From the NCBI GenBank assembly GCA_024679065.1, contig JAGIQG010000021.1, forward strand, positions 23,374,001-23,438,000: DNA of 64,000 bases, given 5' to 3'. Source of the stretch: Sphyrna mokarran (lineage: Eukaryota). Both the position numbers and the translations under genes were made by a program. Shown one piece after another: positions 13,957 through 26,582 of the stretch (within the stretch, counting starts at the first letter, position 1; each line of letters opens with the position of its first letter). Under the pieces are notes generated by a model, which saw nothing but the letters and a program-made list of their open reading frames with translations, was not told the DNA's origin and did no database searches.

Positions 13957-14245
13957 GGTGATATTGTGGCACAGTAGTTAGCATTGCTACCTCATAATGC
14001 CAGGGATCCAGTTCGATTCCTAGCTTGGATTACTGTCTGTGCAGAATCTGCATGTTCTCCCTGTATCTGCGTGGGTTTTTTCTGGGTGCTCTGGTGTCCT
14101 TCCAGAGTCTGAAAGACGTGCTGGTTGGGTGCATTGACCATACTAAATTCTCCCTCAGTTTATGTGAACAGGCACCAGAATGTGATAACTAAGGGTTTTG
14201 CAGTGTTAACGTAAGCTTACTTATGACAATAATAAATAAATTTTA
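13957..14245 (+). mobile_element. V-SINE, type-b tail
   Basis: A box (TGGCACAGTAGTTAG), B box (GTTCGATTCC), V-domain and tail. Confidence 0.85.
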
Positions 14246-14544
14246 ACCTTTAAACATCTCAGAGGATGAGAGAAATTCAAAAAATTGAAGAACAAGTTGG
14301 CTACAGCCACATTATAATGTTTAGAGTGGCATCCATCTATTTGAAATTAAACACCTGTCCTTATACCATGTGGATTGATGACAGAATTAGGATTCATTGG
14401 ACCTTATCCTGCTACACAATCACAAATGGTGCATTTTTTATATTTTCCACACCCAAATTCATCAGATTGCCAGAAAAAGTGACTTTAACAACAAATGGAC
14501 ACTGGAAAATAAAATGAAATCTTTCATTCGACCTCGCCTGCAAA

Positions 14545-16255
14545 CATTGATTTGATTTGATTTGATTATTGCTGTATGTATTAGTATGTAGTGAAAAATA
14601 TTCTTTCTTGCATGCTATATAGGCAGAGCATATCGTTCATAAAGAAGAAAATGAGAGAATGCAGAATGAAGTGTTACAGTCATAACTAGGTTGTAGAGAA
14701 AGATCAACTTGATTGAAAGTAAGTCCATTCAAAAGTCTGATGGCAGCAGGGAAGAAGCTATCCTTGAGTTGGTTGGTATGTGTCCTCAGACTTTTATATC
14801 TTTTTCCCAACAAAAGAAGATGAAAGACAGAATGTCAGGGGTGGATGTTGTCCTTATTGAGTCTGTTTATTGAGGCAGTGGGAAGTGTAGATGGAGTCAA
14901 TGGGTGGGAGACTGATTTGAGTAATGGACTGGGCTTTATTCACAACTCTTTGTAGTTTCTTGCAGTCTTAAACAGAGCAGGAGCTATACCAAGCTGTGAT
15001 ACAATCAGCAAGGATACTTTCCATGGTGCATCTGTCGAAATTGGTGACAGTCATAGCGGACATGCCAAATTTCCTTAGTCTTCTGAGAAAGTAGAGGCCT
15101 TGGTGAGTTTTCTTAATATAGTATCAGCATGGAGGGACCAGTGTAGTTTGCTGGTGATCTAGATACCAGCAAAGGTTGTTTTCGTTAGAAAGGAGGCGGC
15201 TAAGGGGGGATCTTATTGAAGCATATAAGATGATTAGAGGTTTGGATAGGGTGGACAGTGATAGCCTTTTTCCTAGGATGGAGAAAGCTAGCACGGGGGG
15301 ACACAACTTTAAATTAAGGGGTATGAGTTATAGGACGGATATCAGAGGTAGGTTCTTTACTCAAAGAGTGATTAGGGAGTGGAATGCCCTGCCTGCAGCT
15401 GTTGTAGATGCGCCAAGTTTGGTGGCGTTTAAGAGGTTAGTTGATAAGTATATGGAAGAGAAGGGAATGGTTTAGTAGGAGGGGCATTGCTTTTTATTTT
15501 GGTCGGCACAACATCGAAGGCCGAAGGGCCTGTTCTGTGCTGTATTGTTCTATGTTCTATGTTCTATACCTAAAACTTGAACCTCTTGATGTAGACAGGA
15601 GCATGCCCTCCAATACGCTTCCTAAAGTTGATGACTAGTTTTGCTGATATTGAGGGAGATCCAATCTAATGTGGTGATGTCATCAGCAAACTTGAAAATT
15701 GAGGAGGGGAATTTGGCCACACAGTCATAGATGTATGAGGAGTATAGGGGCTGAGGATACAGCTTTGTGGAGTACCAGTGTTGGCATAATCATGGAGGAA
15801 GTGTTTTTGCCTAACTTTACTGATTGCAGTCTGTGGTTTTAGGGAATCTAGGATGCAGTTGCAGAGGGAGGAACCAAACGCTATGCCACGGAGTTTGGCG
15901 ATGAGTTTCATAGGAATAATAATGTTGAAGGCTGAGCTGTAGTCGATAAATAGGAGTCTGACATAGATGCCTTGTTATCTAGTGTTTCAGAGTTGAGTAC
16001 AGGGTCAGGGAAATGGCATCTGCTGTGTGGCAAGCAAACTGTAGTGAATGCAGGGCAATCTGGGAGGCCAGAATTGATTTGTGCCATGACTAACCTTTCA
16101 AATCTCTTCATAATAATGGATACCAGAGCCACCAGATAAAAGTCATTAAGGCACACTGCCTGGCTTTACTTTGGTTGTCTTCTTGAAGTAAACAGAACCT
16201 CAGATTGTTGTAAAGAGAGGTTGAAGATGTCTGCGAATACGCCTACCAGCTGAAG
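14545..16255 (-). mobile_element. Rex1/Babar-type LINE, RT to 3' end
   Basis: CLNDF.LVALVSIIMKRFERLVMAQIN, TGTPQSCILSP, KFADD and an (ATCAA)n tail at ~14548-14570. Interrupted by a CR1. Confidence 0.75.
15169..15565 (+). mobile_element. Relatively young CR1 3' fragment nested in the Rex1 LINE
   Basis: Open frame FSLERRRLRGDLIEAYKMIRGLDRV..FFTQRVIREWNALP, (TTCTATG)n tail and ATACC-like TSD. Confidence 0.9.
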
Positions 16256-19021
16256 GTATTGCTAATAGATGCTAATCCTTTTGGTTTAAAAGGAATTCTC
16301 AGGTTTGTAAACATTATACTGTTAGCATCATGTACTGACCTTTACCCTTCTGGTCTGCAGCATAATATAAGGTTACACATAATACAAATACAGAACCTAG
16401 TTTAAGAAGAAGTGTAAATGGGATACAATACTCCTGTTGTTTGGAATAGATTGGGGCTAGTGCATTAGGGCATGGAGTTGCATTATTTATGAAGGGAAGA
16501 AAGGATGCAAGCAAAAACAACCTCAGAGAGGAATTGGGGAAACTAAATTACGCTCGCTATAGTTAAATGATGAAAGCAAAGAGAAACTTCTGTAAATTTG
16601 CCAAGGGCCATAAGAATAAACAACTGATATTGATCAGATATTTTACAGCTAAGAAACATTCAGCAAAGAAAATGTCTTGCTGGTAGAATATGTTAACTCT
16701 TAACTTGTGAGATGGTTATAAAAAAAATCAAAAATTTCTGGATGTGATAAAGAACTGTTATATAATTCAATGTGTTAAGGAGGGAAGAGGAAATGCTGTA
16801 TTCCACCTAGCACTAACATTTGTGATTTACAGTGAGACAAGAGTTGAGGAGAAAAGAAGAGATAATATTAGACTATTTTGGTAGGATGCATTTTAAGGAA
16901 ATGTATGCACAATTCAGAGAGAATAGGCAGAGCCAAGAAGTAAGACTAAGTGGTAGCTACATGGAACAAACTATAAATGATATCTTGAGTCTGAGATATT
17001 ACTTCCACCTCCCTTTGTTTTCCTCTTGGACCTTTTGGGTCTTTCCTATTTCCTCTCATCTTGTCAGCTAATTATGCCACCTTCCATTTCTCTGCTTTTG
17101 GGTATTTGCTGCTTGCTCCTTATCACAATCAGTCTCTGCTCCTCCTATTCACCTGCTGTTTCCCTGTCTTGAATCTGTGCTGGATAAATCCATAACTGTC
17201 CTCTTTGTCTTTCTTGGAATTCTCTGAATGGTACCTTAACAAGCGCGATTCCAACTACTGACCTTCTTGACCAGTGTGTAGGACCTAATCTCACCAAGCC
17301 CCTACTCATCCTGTTCACCACTGCATTCCTGTCCCCTTAGAATTTGCCAGTAATTCAACATTCACCACCTTTCTCTGCATTTCTGTCTAGAATATCCATT
17401 CATTCAAGAACCAAGCCCTTGCCATCCACAAGATGCACAAATTGTTGATGATTGCATGGCATCCTGACTTTGAATAAATGTTGATTCATCAATGTTGACA
17501 GGTTGCCCCTTACCAAGGCTTGGTAATACTTTCCACAATTCACCATTCAAATTACCATAGTGCTAATGTTATCACTTTGATATTATCTTTCTTAACAATG
17601 CTTTCTTTTCCTTTCATTCAATGTTTTCTTAAAACTCTCATTTTCTACTATCCGAATAAGCTGTCTGCCTCGTGTCTCCTTAATAGATTCAATATCTAGG
17701 ATTTTTCCAGTGCTTCCCATGAACTTGGTTTTTTTTCAGTCCCGCCAAAGGTGACCCCTCTTTCCAGCCATCATGGGGTTTCCGGTAGTGAGGCCAGTGA
17801 GTAATGCAGATGGCCATTGACTTTAACAGGACTGGAAGATCGCATCAACGGCCAATGGTAAGTCGCTTCCACTACCTTTAAATCTTCTACCCATAGAAGT
17901 TCTTCAATCCATGTTCATAACCTTGTCCTCAATCATACTGTTCATTATAGCCTTGCCATTCCCATGGTCTTGTTCAGTAACAAGGGAATTTGGCAGCATT
18001 TCCCTTGAGTTCAAAGCATGCATATCTACACAACTGGCTTTGCCATTCATCACTAGAATTTTAGTTAGACTACATCAAGCATTATCGAGTCTCAAATTCC
18101 TCTACCAAAACCACTACAATTGCATCAATTCATGCCGCAATTTCTATTCCAGTAATGAGGAAAGATCTATGCAATTTCTGTCACAATTTTATGCTATTCA
18201 ATTGCTAGTTATCACACCTGCCACTTAAGCTATGATAAGCCTATATTCCAAAGCACTTGAGTTATTACATGTCATAGGCCAATATTGAGCCTGTTTCTGT
18301 GTTGTTAGCTTTTTTGACACTAGCATTTTTTTTAAATAGTTGGCCAGCTGTTGCTGTCTTTCCAGCTTGATATGTTTAGAAATGGAAGCTTTGACTATAT
18401 CTTCAAATGGCAAGCTAACAATAGTTTTACATCTTGTTTTACTTTGACAGGCAGCATGACGTGGATGTGTTGTTCCAGTTTTTCCCTACTTTCAACTTGT
18501 CACAAAGTAATTCTAAAGGCAAAAAAAATCACTTTTGTTAATTTAAAACTGAAAGACTCATCACAAATGTGAGCATTTCTAATGAAAGTTAAACGTGAGC
18601 ATTTCAAATTAGGGTCATCAATGCTGAATGGGGAGAGGAGGATGATCAGGACACATCATTGATAAATGAGTGGATTAGCAATTTTACATTTTAAATGACT
18701 ACCTAAATGATGTGTTAATTACCTGAATGGCAGTCTTGTTTAACCTAGAGTGGAGGTGATTTATCAGGCAGGACAATACAACGAGATGCTGCTCTGTTAT
18801 TTTTTTGTGTGTGTCTGCATTTGAACGTGACAATACTTCAAATGTTTTTTTGATGGAAATAGCACGGTCTCCACTAATGAGCATCTACTTTGATAACTGA
18901 CAGCTATAACAGACTACAAATAACTAAATCCATTTTTAATGGCTTCAAGCCCATGCAATAAAAGAGAATTTTTGTCTTTTTGCTTACTGAACTAACTATG
19001 TAGTTTAAAGATTTTTGAACT

Positions 19022-19385
19022 CATAAGAACATAAGAAATAGGAGCAGGAATACACCATTCTGCCCCTTGAACTTGCTTCACCATTTAATATTTTCTACTT
19101 TACATCTCCCTGCAGGTCTCTTGATTCCCTTAAAGCCAAAAATCAAATAATCTCTGACTTGAATATATTCAATGACTAAGCGTCTATTGGTCTCTGGGTA
19201 GAGAATCCAAATTCTATAAGTGAAGGAGTTTCTCATTTCTGTCCTAAAGTTCCAACATTTTTATTCTGAGATTGTAACTCCTAGTTTGAGACTCCTCAGC
19301 CCAGGGGAATATCCTCACAGCATTTATCAAGCCCCAGGAATTTGGTACATTTCAGAGATCACCTCTCATTTTGCTAAACTTGAAC
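19022..19385 (-). mobile_element. CR1 3' fragment
   Basis: CATAAGAACATAAGAAATAGGAGCAGG tail in reverse orientation. Confidence 0.7.
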
Positions 19386-20399
19386 ACTTTTCATTGGATA
19401 GATTATTTTCTCTGAATCTTTAAGTTGCCTTAAAATGGCTAAATTGCAACAATTCATAATTTTACCACTATTCCTAACAATTCTATGTCGTATGATAATT
19501 GTGCGTGGATATACAGAATTCCCAACCTCAAGATCTTTAGAACAGTTTCTCTTTGAATTCATGGCAGCAAGTTCTGTCTCATTCCCCAGTTAGTGGAAAT
19601 GTAAAGTATTAGGGTGAGAATCAGTGATTGATATTTCCCTTTAGGGGAAGTAACTTGTTGACAAACAAGAGATGCACATGTAACACAAATTATTTGAGAA
19701 TCACTGATAAATTAATGCCATTCAGTGTTGATGAGGCATTGTAGTAGAGTTGGTATAAGTAGTGAATAAAAAGGAAAAAAAACAAATATGTTGTTTATGG
19801 ATTCTTCACTTCTGGAAGTCTTTGTTCTAAGCACTCATCAAGAAATGTGCAAGATTGCAAAATGGAAACCTATTTTCTATGTTTCTATGTGAGTATGAGT
19901 ATTAGTATACACCCTTAACTGGCATTCAGTAAGATAATGATGTGCATCATGTGGCACAGCATTGTTGATATCTCTTCCAAACAATTCAGGGAATGGTACA
20001 GACATTCAGTGCCTTATGACATTAAGGATTAGTAAGTTTGCAATGAGTGAGCTCCCGAGAGCTGTGCCACCTGGTTCCAGATACCCTGCCTTTTCAGTGA
20101 GGCTGTAGGTCGGTCCTGTCTTTATTTATAACAATTGGTACTTTCCAGCCATTTCCAGGAAGAACCATATCAGCATGCCATACCACCATGAAAACAATGG
20201 ATGTAAATATAAGATCTTCAGGTACTATACAAACTTTGTTCAATTTGCATTAATCCAAAATGATCCACTTGTTAGTCAAGAAAGAAAGAATTGAAAATAT
20301 GAATGATCTAAAATATGAATGATAACCCTCTGGTGAAACAAAGTATGAGAAGTTATGAGCAAACATTTAGTTTGCCTCAACAAGTCTTCATATGCCTTT

Positions 20400-21125
20400 G
20401 CTGTGAAGAGATATAGACAGGTGAGTGGGCAACAAGATAGTGAATGGAATATTGTGTAGGGGATTGTAAAGTTATTCACTTTGGTTGTAAGAATAGAAAA
20501 GTAAAACATTTTCAAAAGTTGTGAAAGTTGTAAGTCTTGGTGTCGAAGAAGACCTGGGTGTGGTTGTACAAGAAATGTAGGAAGTTAACATGTAGGTGCA
20601 GCAAATGACTAGGAAGGCAAATGGCATTTTGGCCTTATTCATTGCAAGGATTTGGAGTGCAAGAAGAAAGAAGTCTTACCATAATTGCTCAGGGTTTGAT
20701 AAGATTACATCTGGAATACTTTGTTCATTTTCAGCCTCCATATTTGAAAAAGGATATACTTATGTTGAAGGCAGTATAGAAAAGATTCACTAAATTAATC
20801 TCTGGGATGAGGAGGTTGTGTTGTGATAAAAGGCTAAAGAAATTGAGCTTCTATTCTTTGAAATTGAGAAAAATGAGAGACAATCACTTTGAAAATTTTA
20901 AAAACTTTATAAGCTAGATGCTGAGAGATTGCTTCTGCTGAACAGGGGAGTCTAGATCAATGGAACCATAAGGGGCAGATCATTTCTGACTGAGATAAGG
21001 AAAAATTACTTCATTCAAAGGGATATCAATCTTTGGAATTCTCTATCTTAGAGGATTATGAATGCAACATTGTTGAATACGTTTATAGCTGATATGGACA
21101 GATTTTTGTTATCTCTGGGAATTCA
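20400..21125 (+). mobile_element. CR1 fragment
   Basis: Degenerate CR1 ORF2 3' part (RKANGILA..). Confidence 0.75.
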
Positions 21126-21179
21126 TGTCTGAATCAGCAAAACATTCATATTAGCTTCATTCCAAAGATTGAAACACAT

Positions 21180-21510
21180 AATCTAGCCTGACATCCCGAT
21201 GAGGAACTGAAAGAGTGCTGCACTTTCAGAAGTGCTGTCTTTTGGATGAGATATCAAAACAAGGTACCGACGGCCACCTCAAGTAGACATAAAAAGTCCC
21301 GTGGCATGATTTTGAAAAAGGGGAGGGCAATTCTTGCTGGTATTCTGGCCAACATTTTCCCTCAACCAATGCTACTAATAAGATTACCTGGTCAGCATGT
21401 TATTGTTTCTGACATTTTGCTGGGTTAAAATTAGTTGCTGCATTTCCTACACGATAACAGTACTCCATTGCTGTAAAGTACGTTGGCATGTTATGAAAGA
21501 TGTTACATCA
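21180..21510 (+). mobile_element. DeuSINE (SacSINE1/AmnSINE1-like)
   Basis: Deu-domain-like AGTGCTGCACTTTCAGAAGTGCTGTCTTTTGGATGAGA..CTGGCCAACATT..CCCTCAACCAA..GCTGCATTTCCTACA. Confidence 0.7.
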
Positions 21511-22808
21511 TTACATTTTTTTCTTTTTTGAGTGAATACTGATTTACCTTAATTAGTACTCGAAATATTTGTGGTAGGCTTTGTGCCACATTGCAATGCT
21601 TCGGTACTTACAATATTGCTTCAGGTTGTTCCTGCCGTGTACATATTGATTGCTATGAGGGTGAGATCTTGGAGAGCTTTTTTATTTTGTTGCATTGTAG
21701 GGGTTTAGACAGGGTTTGAGAATTATCTAGTCTACCAAAAGTGGGCTGCTCAAGTCATCTTTGTATTCTTCCATGGGATGGCCAGCCTTCACTGCCCATC
21801 TAAAATTGCCCTTGAACTGAGTGCCTTTATGAACTATTTCTTACAGCAGTTTGAAGTTAATCACATTGTTGTGATCAGGAGTCACATGTAGGTCAAATTG
21901 GGTAAAGATGGCAAATTTCCTTCCCCCACAGAACATTAGTGAAGCAGGTGGATTTTTACAACAATCAGTGTTAGTTGTCACAGTAACCAATACTGAGACT
22001 AGTTTCATATTTCACTCTTTTCTATTAATTGAATTTAAATACCATCAACTGCTGCGGTGGGATTTGAACCCATGTCCTCAGCATTAGTTACCCACTGAGA
22101 TTGCCACTACACCAACATAGTCCCTGAAGAATTATTTATTTATAGCAATAATTATATTTGGACTTTAACATCAAGTCAGAGTTTCTTACCCTCTTCAATG
22201 TCTTTCTTGCTTCTCAGTCATCAAATCTTAGATCATTATTACATCAGCATCATGCATGCTTCTAATGTCATAGATCACCAGATGAATTTCATATCCCATT
22301 ATCTTTCTTAGCTGAATTGAAACCTCACAAATTCCGACAGAACTGTTTGGTTTTGGGGCCTAAACGATATCAGAACACCATTCTGTTGGCAGGACAGCCA
22401 GTGAGGGAACCCTTTGTGCTGCATATTTACTATTTTGATCTTAACTTTGTTCAAGAGTGGGTAAGGTACGTTCCTTGGGGTAGTGAGGCAAATTGGTTTA
22501 GCATCAGCTTGTAGGGTGATGTGTTACTCAAGTATTTAATTTTCCCAGTCCTGTAACCAATTTTAGGAATTCATTTCAGAATGTAGTGTTGTAATTCACA
22601 CCAGCAACTTTGTCAACCTGACTGATTAATTTCAGTTTTAAGCATGCCTTTCTGCTTAGCAGAAAGTATTCTGAACTTTAAATGACACAGAGAGATTCAG
22701 ATATTTCTAAATCTTTATATTTCAGGTTTGCCATGAGCTGACCTTTCCCTGGTAATCTGGATTCCCAGCATCTTGTGACTTAATACTTGAGGGTTTCAAT
22801 GTAATCTG

Positions 22809-23015
22809 GAAAATCTCAACCATCTGACAGCATCTGTAAAGAGAAAATAGAGCCAACATTTCGAGTCTGGATGATCCTTCATCAGAGCTTGCTCATCCAG
22901 ACTCAAAATAGTGCTCTATCCTCTCCTCACAGATGCTGTCAGACCTGCTGAGATTTTCCAGCATTTTCTGTTTTTGATTCAGATTCCAGCATTTTGCCTT
23001 TGTACTGCAGTATTC
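22809..23015. mobile_element. Head-to-head inverted PLE terminus insertion with hammerhead motif
   Basis: Minus copy 22809-22889 and plus copy ~22894-23000. 9-bp TSD TGTAATCTG (22800-22808 / 23016-23024). Confidence 0.75.
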
Positions 23016-23229
23016 TGTAATCTGTGTGACCCATCTTACTTCATGCAATAACATTGAAACCCCTGTTCCTATACCTTAATTCCAAGCACTTTGAGTTTAA
23101 GGTTTATTTATTATTGTCCGAAGTAAGCTTATAATAACACTGCAATTAAGTTACTGTGAAAATGCAATACTTGTCTTCAGTGTCATGTATCTCTCCCGGA
23201 ATGGTTTGTCCCTATTTTAGTGGTTCTTG

Positions 23230-23360
23230 TGATGTGGACAAGCCAGCATTGGACTGGGGTAAGCACAGTAAGAAGTCTCTCAATACCAGGTTAAAAATCC
23301 AACAGGTTTATTTGGTGGCACAAGCCATAAGCTTTAAGAGCGCTGCTCTTTCATCAGGTG
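23230..23360 (-). mobile_element. Second PLE-family terminus with hammerhead remnant
   Basis: Minus strand reads CAC-CTGATGA-AAGAGC-AGC-GCTCTT-AAAGCTT. Same family as 30091-30195. Confidence 0.65.
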
Positions 23361-23411
23361 TGCGTGCGTGCGTGTGCATGCGCGCGTGCGCGTGTGTGTG
23401 CGCACATGCAC
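23358..23411. repeat. Alternating purine-pyrimidine (TG/CG) microsatellite
   Basis: GTGTGCGTGCGTGCGTGTGCATGCGCGCGTGCGCGTGTGTGTGCGCACATGCAC. Confidence 0.9.
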
Positions 23412-23660
23412 TGGTCCCTGAGGATGTCAACAATAGTTGATGTGACATGTGGGATCCTGGGCTTTATAGAGGTACAAGTGGGAAAGCAAAGAAGTAATGG
23501 TCAAATAAACAGGAAGTACTGCAGATGCTGGAAATTAGAAACAACAGGAAATTCTAGAAAACCTAAGCAGGTCTGACAGCACCTGGAGGGAAAAACAGTG
23601 TTAGCATTTCAAGTCCAATACGAGTCTTTAGAAACTTAATTGCAAACCTTGTGAAACACT

Positions 23661-24820
23661 GGAGGCAATTCTCCCAAAGATGCTGAATTGGCAGGTAAAC
23701 TATTCTAAATCCTGACTGTTTTGGCAGATCAGCTTCTCACCTGAATCTGCACATTCTGCAGAGGTCCCAGCCATGAATATCATTAAAAACCCAGGGTGGG
23801 AGGGTGCATTTGTGCCAGAGTCTTACTGTTCTGGAACTCTGTGCATGCACAGTGGTCCCAATATGTCAGTCTCCCCATTTTCTGGCCACTCAATCACTGG
23901 CCTGCCCAAAATGCCTACAGCCCTCCAGCACTACCCACAGCCACCCCATGGCTCAAGGTCCCCATAACAATACTCAAGCCAGCCCTGACTGCCCCCACTG
24001 TCCCGGATGCTCCAATGTACGACCCACCCCCAAACAATGGCGATCCGCTCCATCTCCCTCACACTGGCACAGCCACCTCCCCTCCCAGAGACAGGCTATC
24101 CTCCTCACTGGTTGACCACTCCCCAAGTCCAGACGCAGTCCTTTACCCATCTCAGCCAGCCCTAGTCACTCCCCTCCCCATCCCAGACTGATGCCTGTTT
24201 GCAGAGTAGCTACAGGATCCCCCACCCCCACCAATCGCCCCTAGGCCCTGCCCCTTGGCACTGCTGATGTCAGATGGGCAGTGCCGAGGTGACCTCTGGG
24301 CATGGGCACTTTGCCCTTGAGCAGTGCCAAGGGGCACAGGCTGGCATTGCCAGGATGCCCATGCCCAGGCACCACACCCCGGCACCGCACCACTCACCTG
24401 GGTGGCCCCAGTTACTCTCCCCCCTTCATTCCGGCAGGGTCTCCCTCTGGTTCCTTGAACTTGGGGAGCTGGTCTGAATCCCACCAGAATGAAGTACTCC
24501 TGACTGGGTGGGAGATTCAATCAGGACCTGAAATTTCCGATAATAAACTTATAAACATATTTAAAATACATTTTAAAAAGATTTAAATTACTTATGTGCA
24601 TTCTTGCCAGTTTCTAGCATGGTCTGATCAGCGATTGCTCACTGGCTCTGGGACATGTGCATGCATTCCCGGTACACGTGTAAATCCCAGTTCAAGGCTG
24701 GCGATGTGCGACTCTCACCTCGACTCGCCAGAAAAGTTGCAGGTCGCGATGGAAGAATCACAGCCATTGTCTCAGCCTTAGCTATGATTTGCATGTAGTT
24801 TGGGCCCACAATTTGGGAAG
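23661..24820. mobile_element. Harbinger-type MITE, family B
   Basis: Begins GGAGGCAATTCTCCCAAA (reverse complement of the 13742 end). GC-rich body with GGCACTG/GGCAGTGCC motifs. Confidence 0.6.
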
Positions 24821-24869
24821 GATTTGAATGCATTAGAAATTGTGCAGAAAAGATTTGTGAGAGTTCTTC

Positions 24870-25902
24870 CAGGTGAATCTGATAGGTGAATCTGGTTACA
24901 CTCCTTATGGAACAGAAGGAGAAAAAATGTGATGGGGACATTCAAAATCATGAGGGGTCTGACAGGACTAGATGGGGAGACGTTGTTTCCATTGGCAGAG
25001 GAATGGGAACCAGAGAAAGCTGATTTGAAGTGAATGGCAAGGGATGATTTGAGGAAAAGTCTTTTTACACAGTGACTGGTTGGATCTGCAATGTGTGCCT
25101 CACAATGTGACAGATTCAATCCTGGTTTTCAGAAGGGAATGAGATAATTACTTGATGAAAAAAAGGAATGCAGCACTATAGGGAAAAGCAGGGTTATGGA
25201 ATTAGTTGAGTTACTCTTGCAGAGAACAATCATAGATGTGGAGGTCTGAATGACCTTCATCAATGTTATAAGCATTGTAAGAATTATTTGAATAGTGCTG
25301 AAACATTAATTTGTTCATCATATTTTTTTGGGGAAGTAAATATTGTTGGACCTTAAAAAGAACTCAAATTTTAAAATCTATGAAAAATAACTGAAATAAC
25401 TTTACACTACCAGAAGGACGTGGAGGCTTTGAAGACAATACAGAAAAGGTTTACAGGATGTTGCCTAGTATGTAGGGGATTAGCTATGAGGAGAGTTTGA
25501 ATAAAATGGGATTGGTCTCCCTGGAAAGACAGAGGCTGAGGGGTGACCTGATGGGAGTTTAAAAAATTATGAGGGATATAGATAGGGTGAACAGTTGGAA
25601 GCTTTTTCCCAGAGGAGAAATGGCAATTACAAGAGGACACAAGTTTAAGATAAGGGGGGAAAGGTTCAGTGGAGATGTTCGAGGAAAGTTTTTTACACAG
25701 AGGACGATGAGGGCCTGGAATGCACTGCTAAGTGAAGTGATTGAGGCAGTTACATTAGCCACATTTAAGACTTATCTTGATAGACATATGAACAAATGGG
25801 GATAGAAGAATATAAGCAGTTGGTCTAGATAAGAAAACATGATCAGCATAGGCTTGGAGGACCAAAGGGCTCATTCTTATGCTATATTATTCTTTGTTCT
25901 TT
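24870..25902 (+). mobile_element. Two adjacent CR1 3' fragments (~24870-25280, ~25405-25902)
   Basis: MRDIDRVNS..FFTQRTMRAWNAL, with a CR1 tail. Confidence 0.8.
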
Positions 25903-26582
25903 GTAATAAAATGTGTTGTCCTTGAAAAGAAATTCTGAAGTGAAAACTATTATTTGAGATTATTTTAAAACAGCTCCCCTGAAATCTTTGTTTCCACTTT
26001 GTGTTTAGTTTTATTTTAATGATAATTAAAATGATAATTTAATGATAATTTAGACCACTTTGTATTTCAATAAGGCATTTTGAGAATTTATTCTAGGCAC
26101 ATTTATTGTTGCAACTGCAGGCTGATAGTAAACCAGTGGTAAATTTGGGATATGTCTTGTGAATTTTATTGTCTCGTTTCTTCTGTGAAGAGATGGATGC
26201 TTTCTGGGTTCGCAAGCACTGACAACCTTGGGCACTGAGCCCAGTTCATCATTTTCCAAGTTTAACACAGAATTGGCAGTATATTTAACTTGAAAAAGCA
26301 TAGTAACTATGCCTGTATTTATTATTACTTGATAACTCCCCAATCTATTCCAGCTGAAGTCCTGGGTGAAATAGTTAATTTAGTGCAGACAAGACACTTG
26401 TCACCGTGAAGTCTTGGTGGTTTAATTTGCCACCATGTGGCACATTCATTTTAGTTCATCATCAGAAATTGTAGATCATCTACCTTATTTCATCAATCCT
26501 ATTTATCCTAATTTGGCATGGTGGCACAGTGGTTAACACTGCTGCTTCACAGGGCCAGGGACCCGGGTTCAGTTCTTGGCAT

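Noticed and set aside
22648-22666. Palindrome CTTTCTGCT-T-AGCAGAAAG
   Set aside because: Isolated 9-bp arms, plausible by chance in 64 kb.
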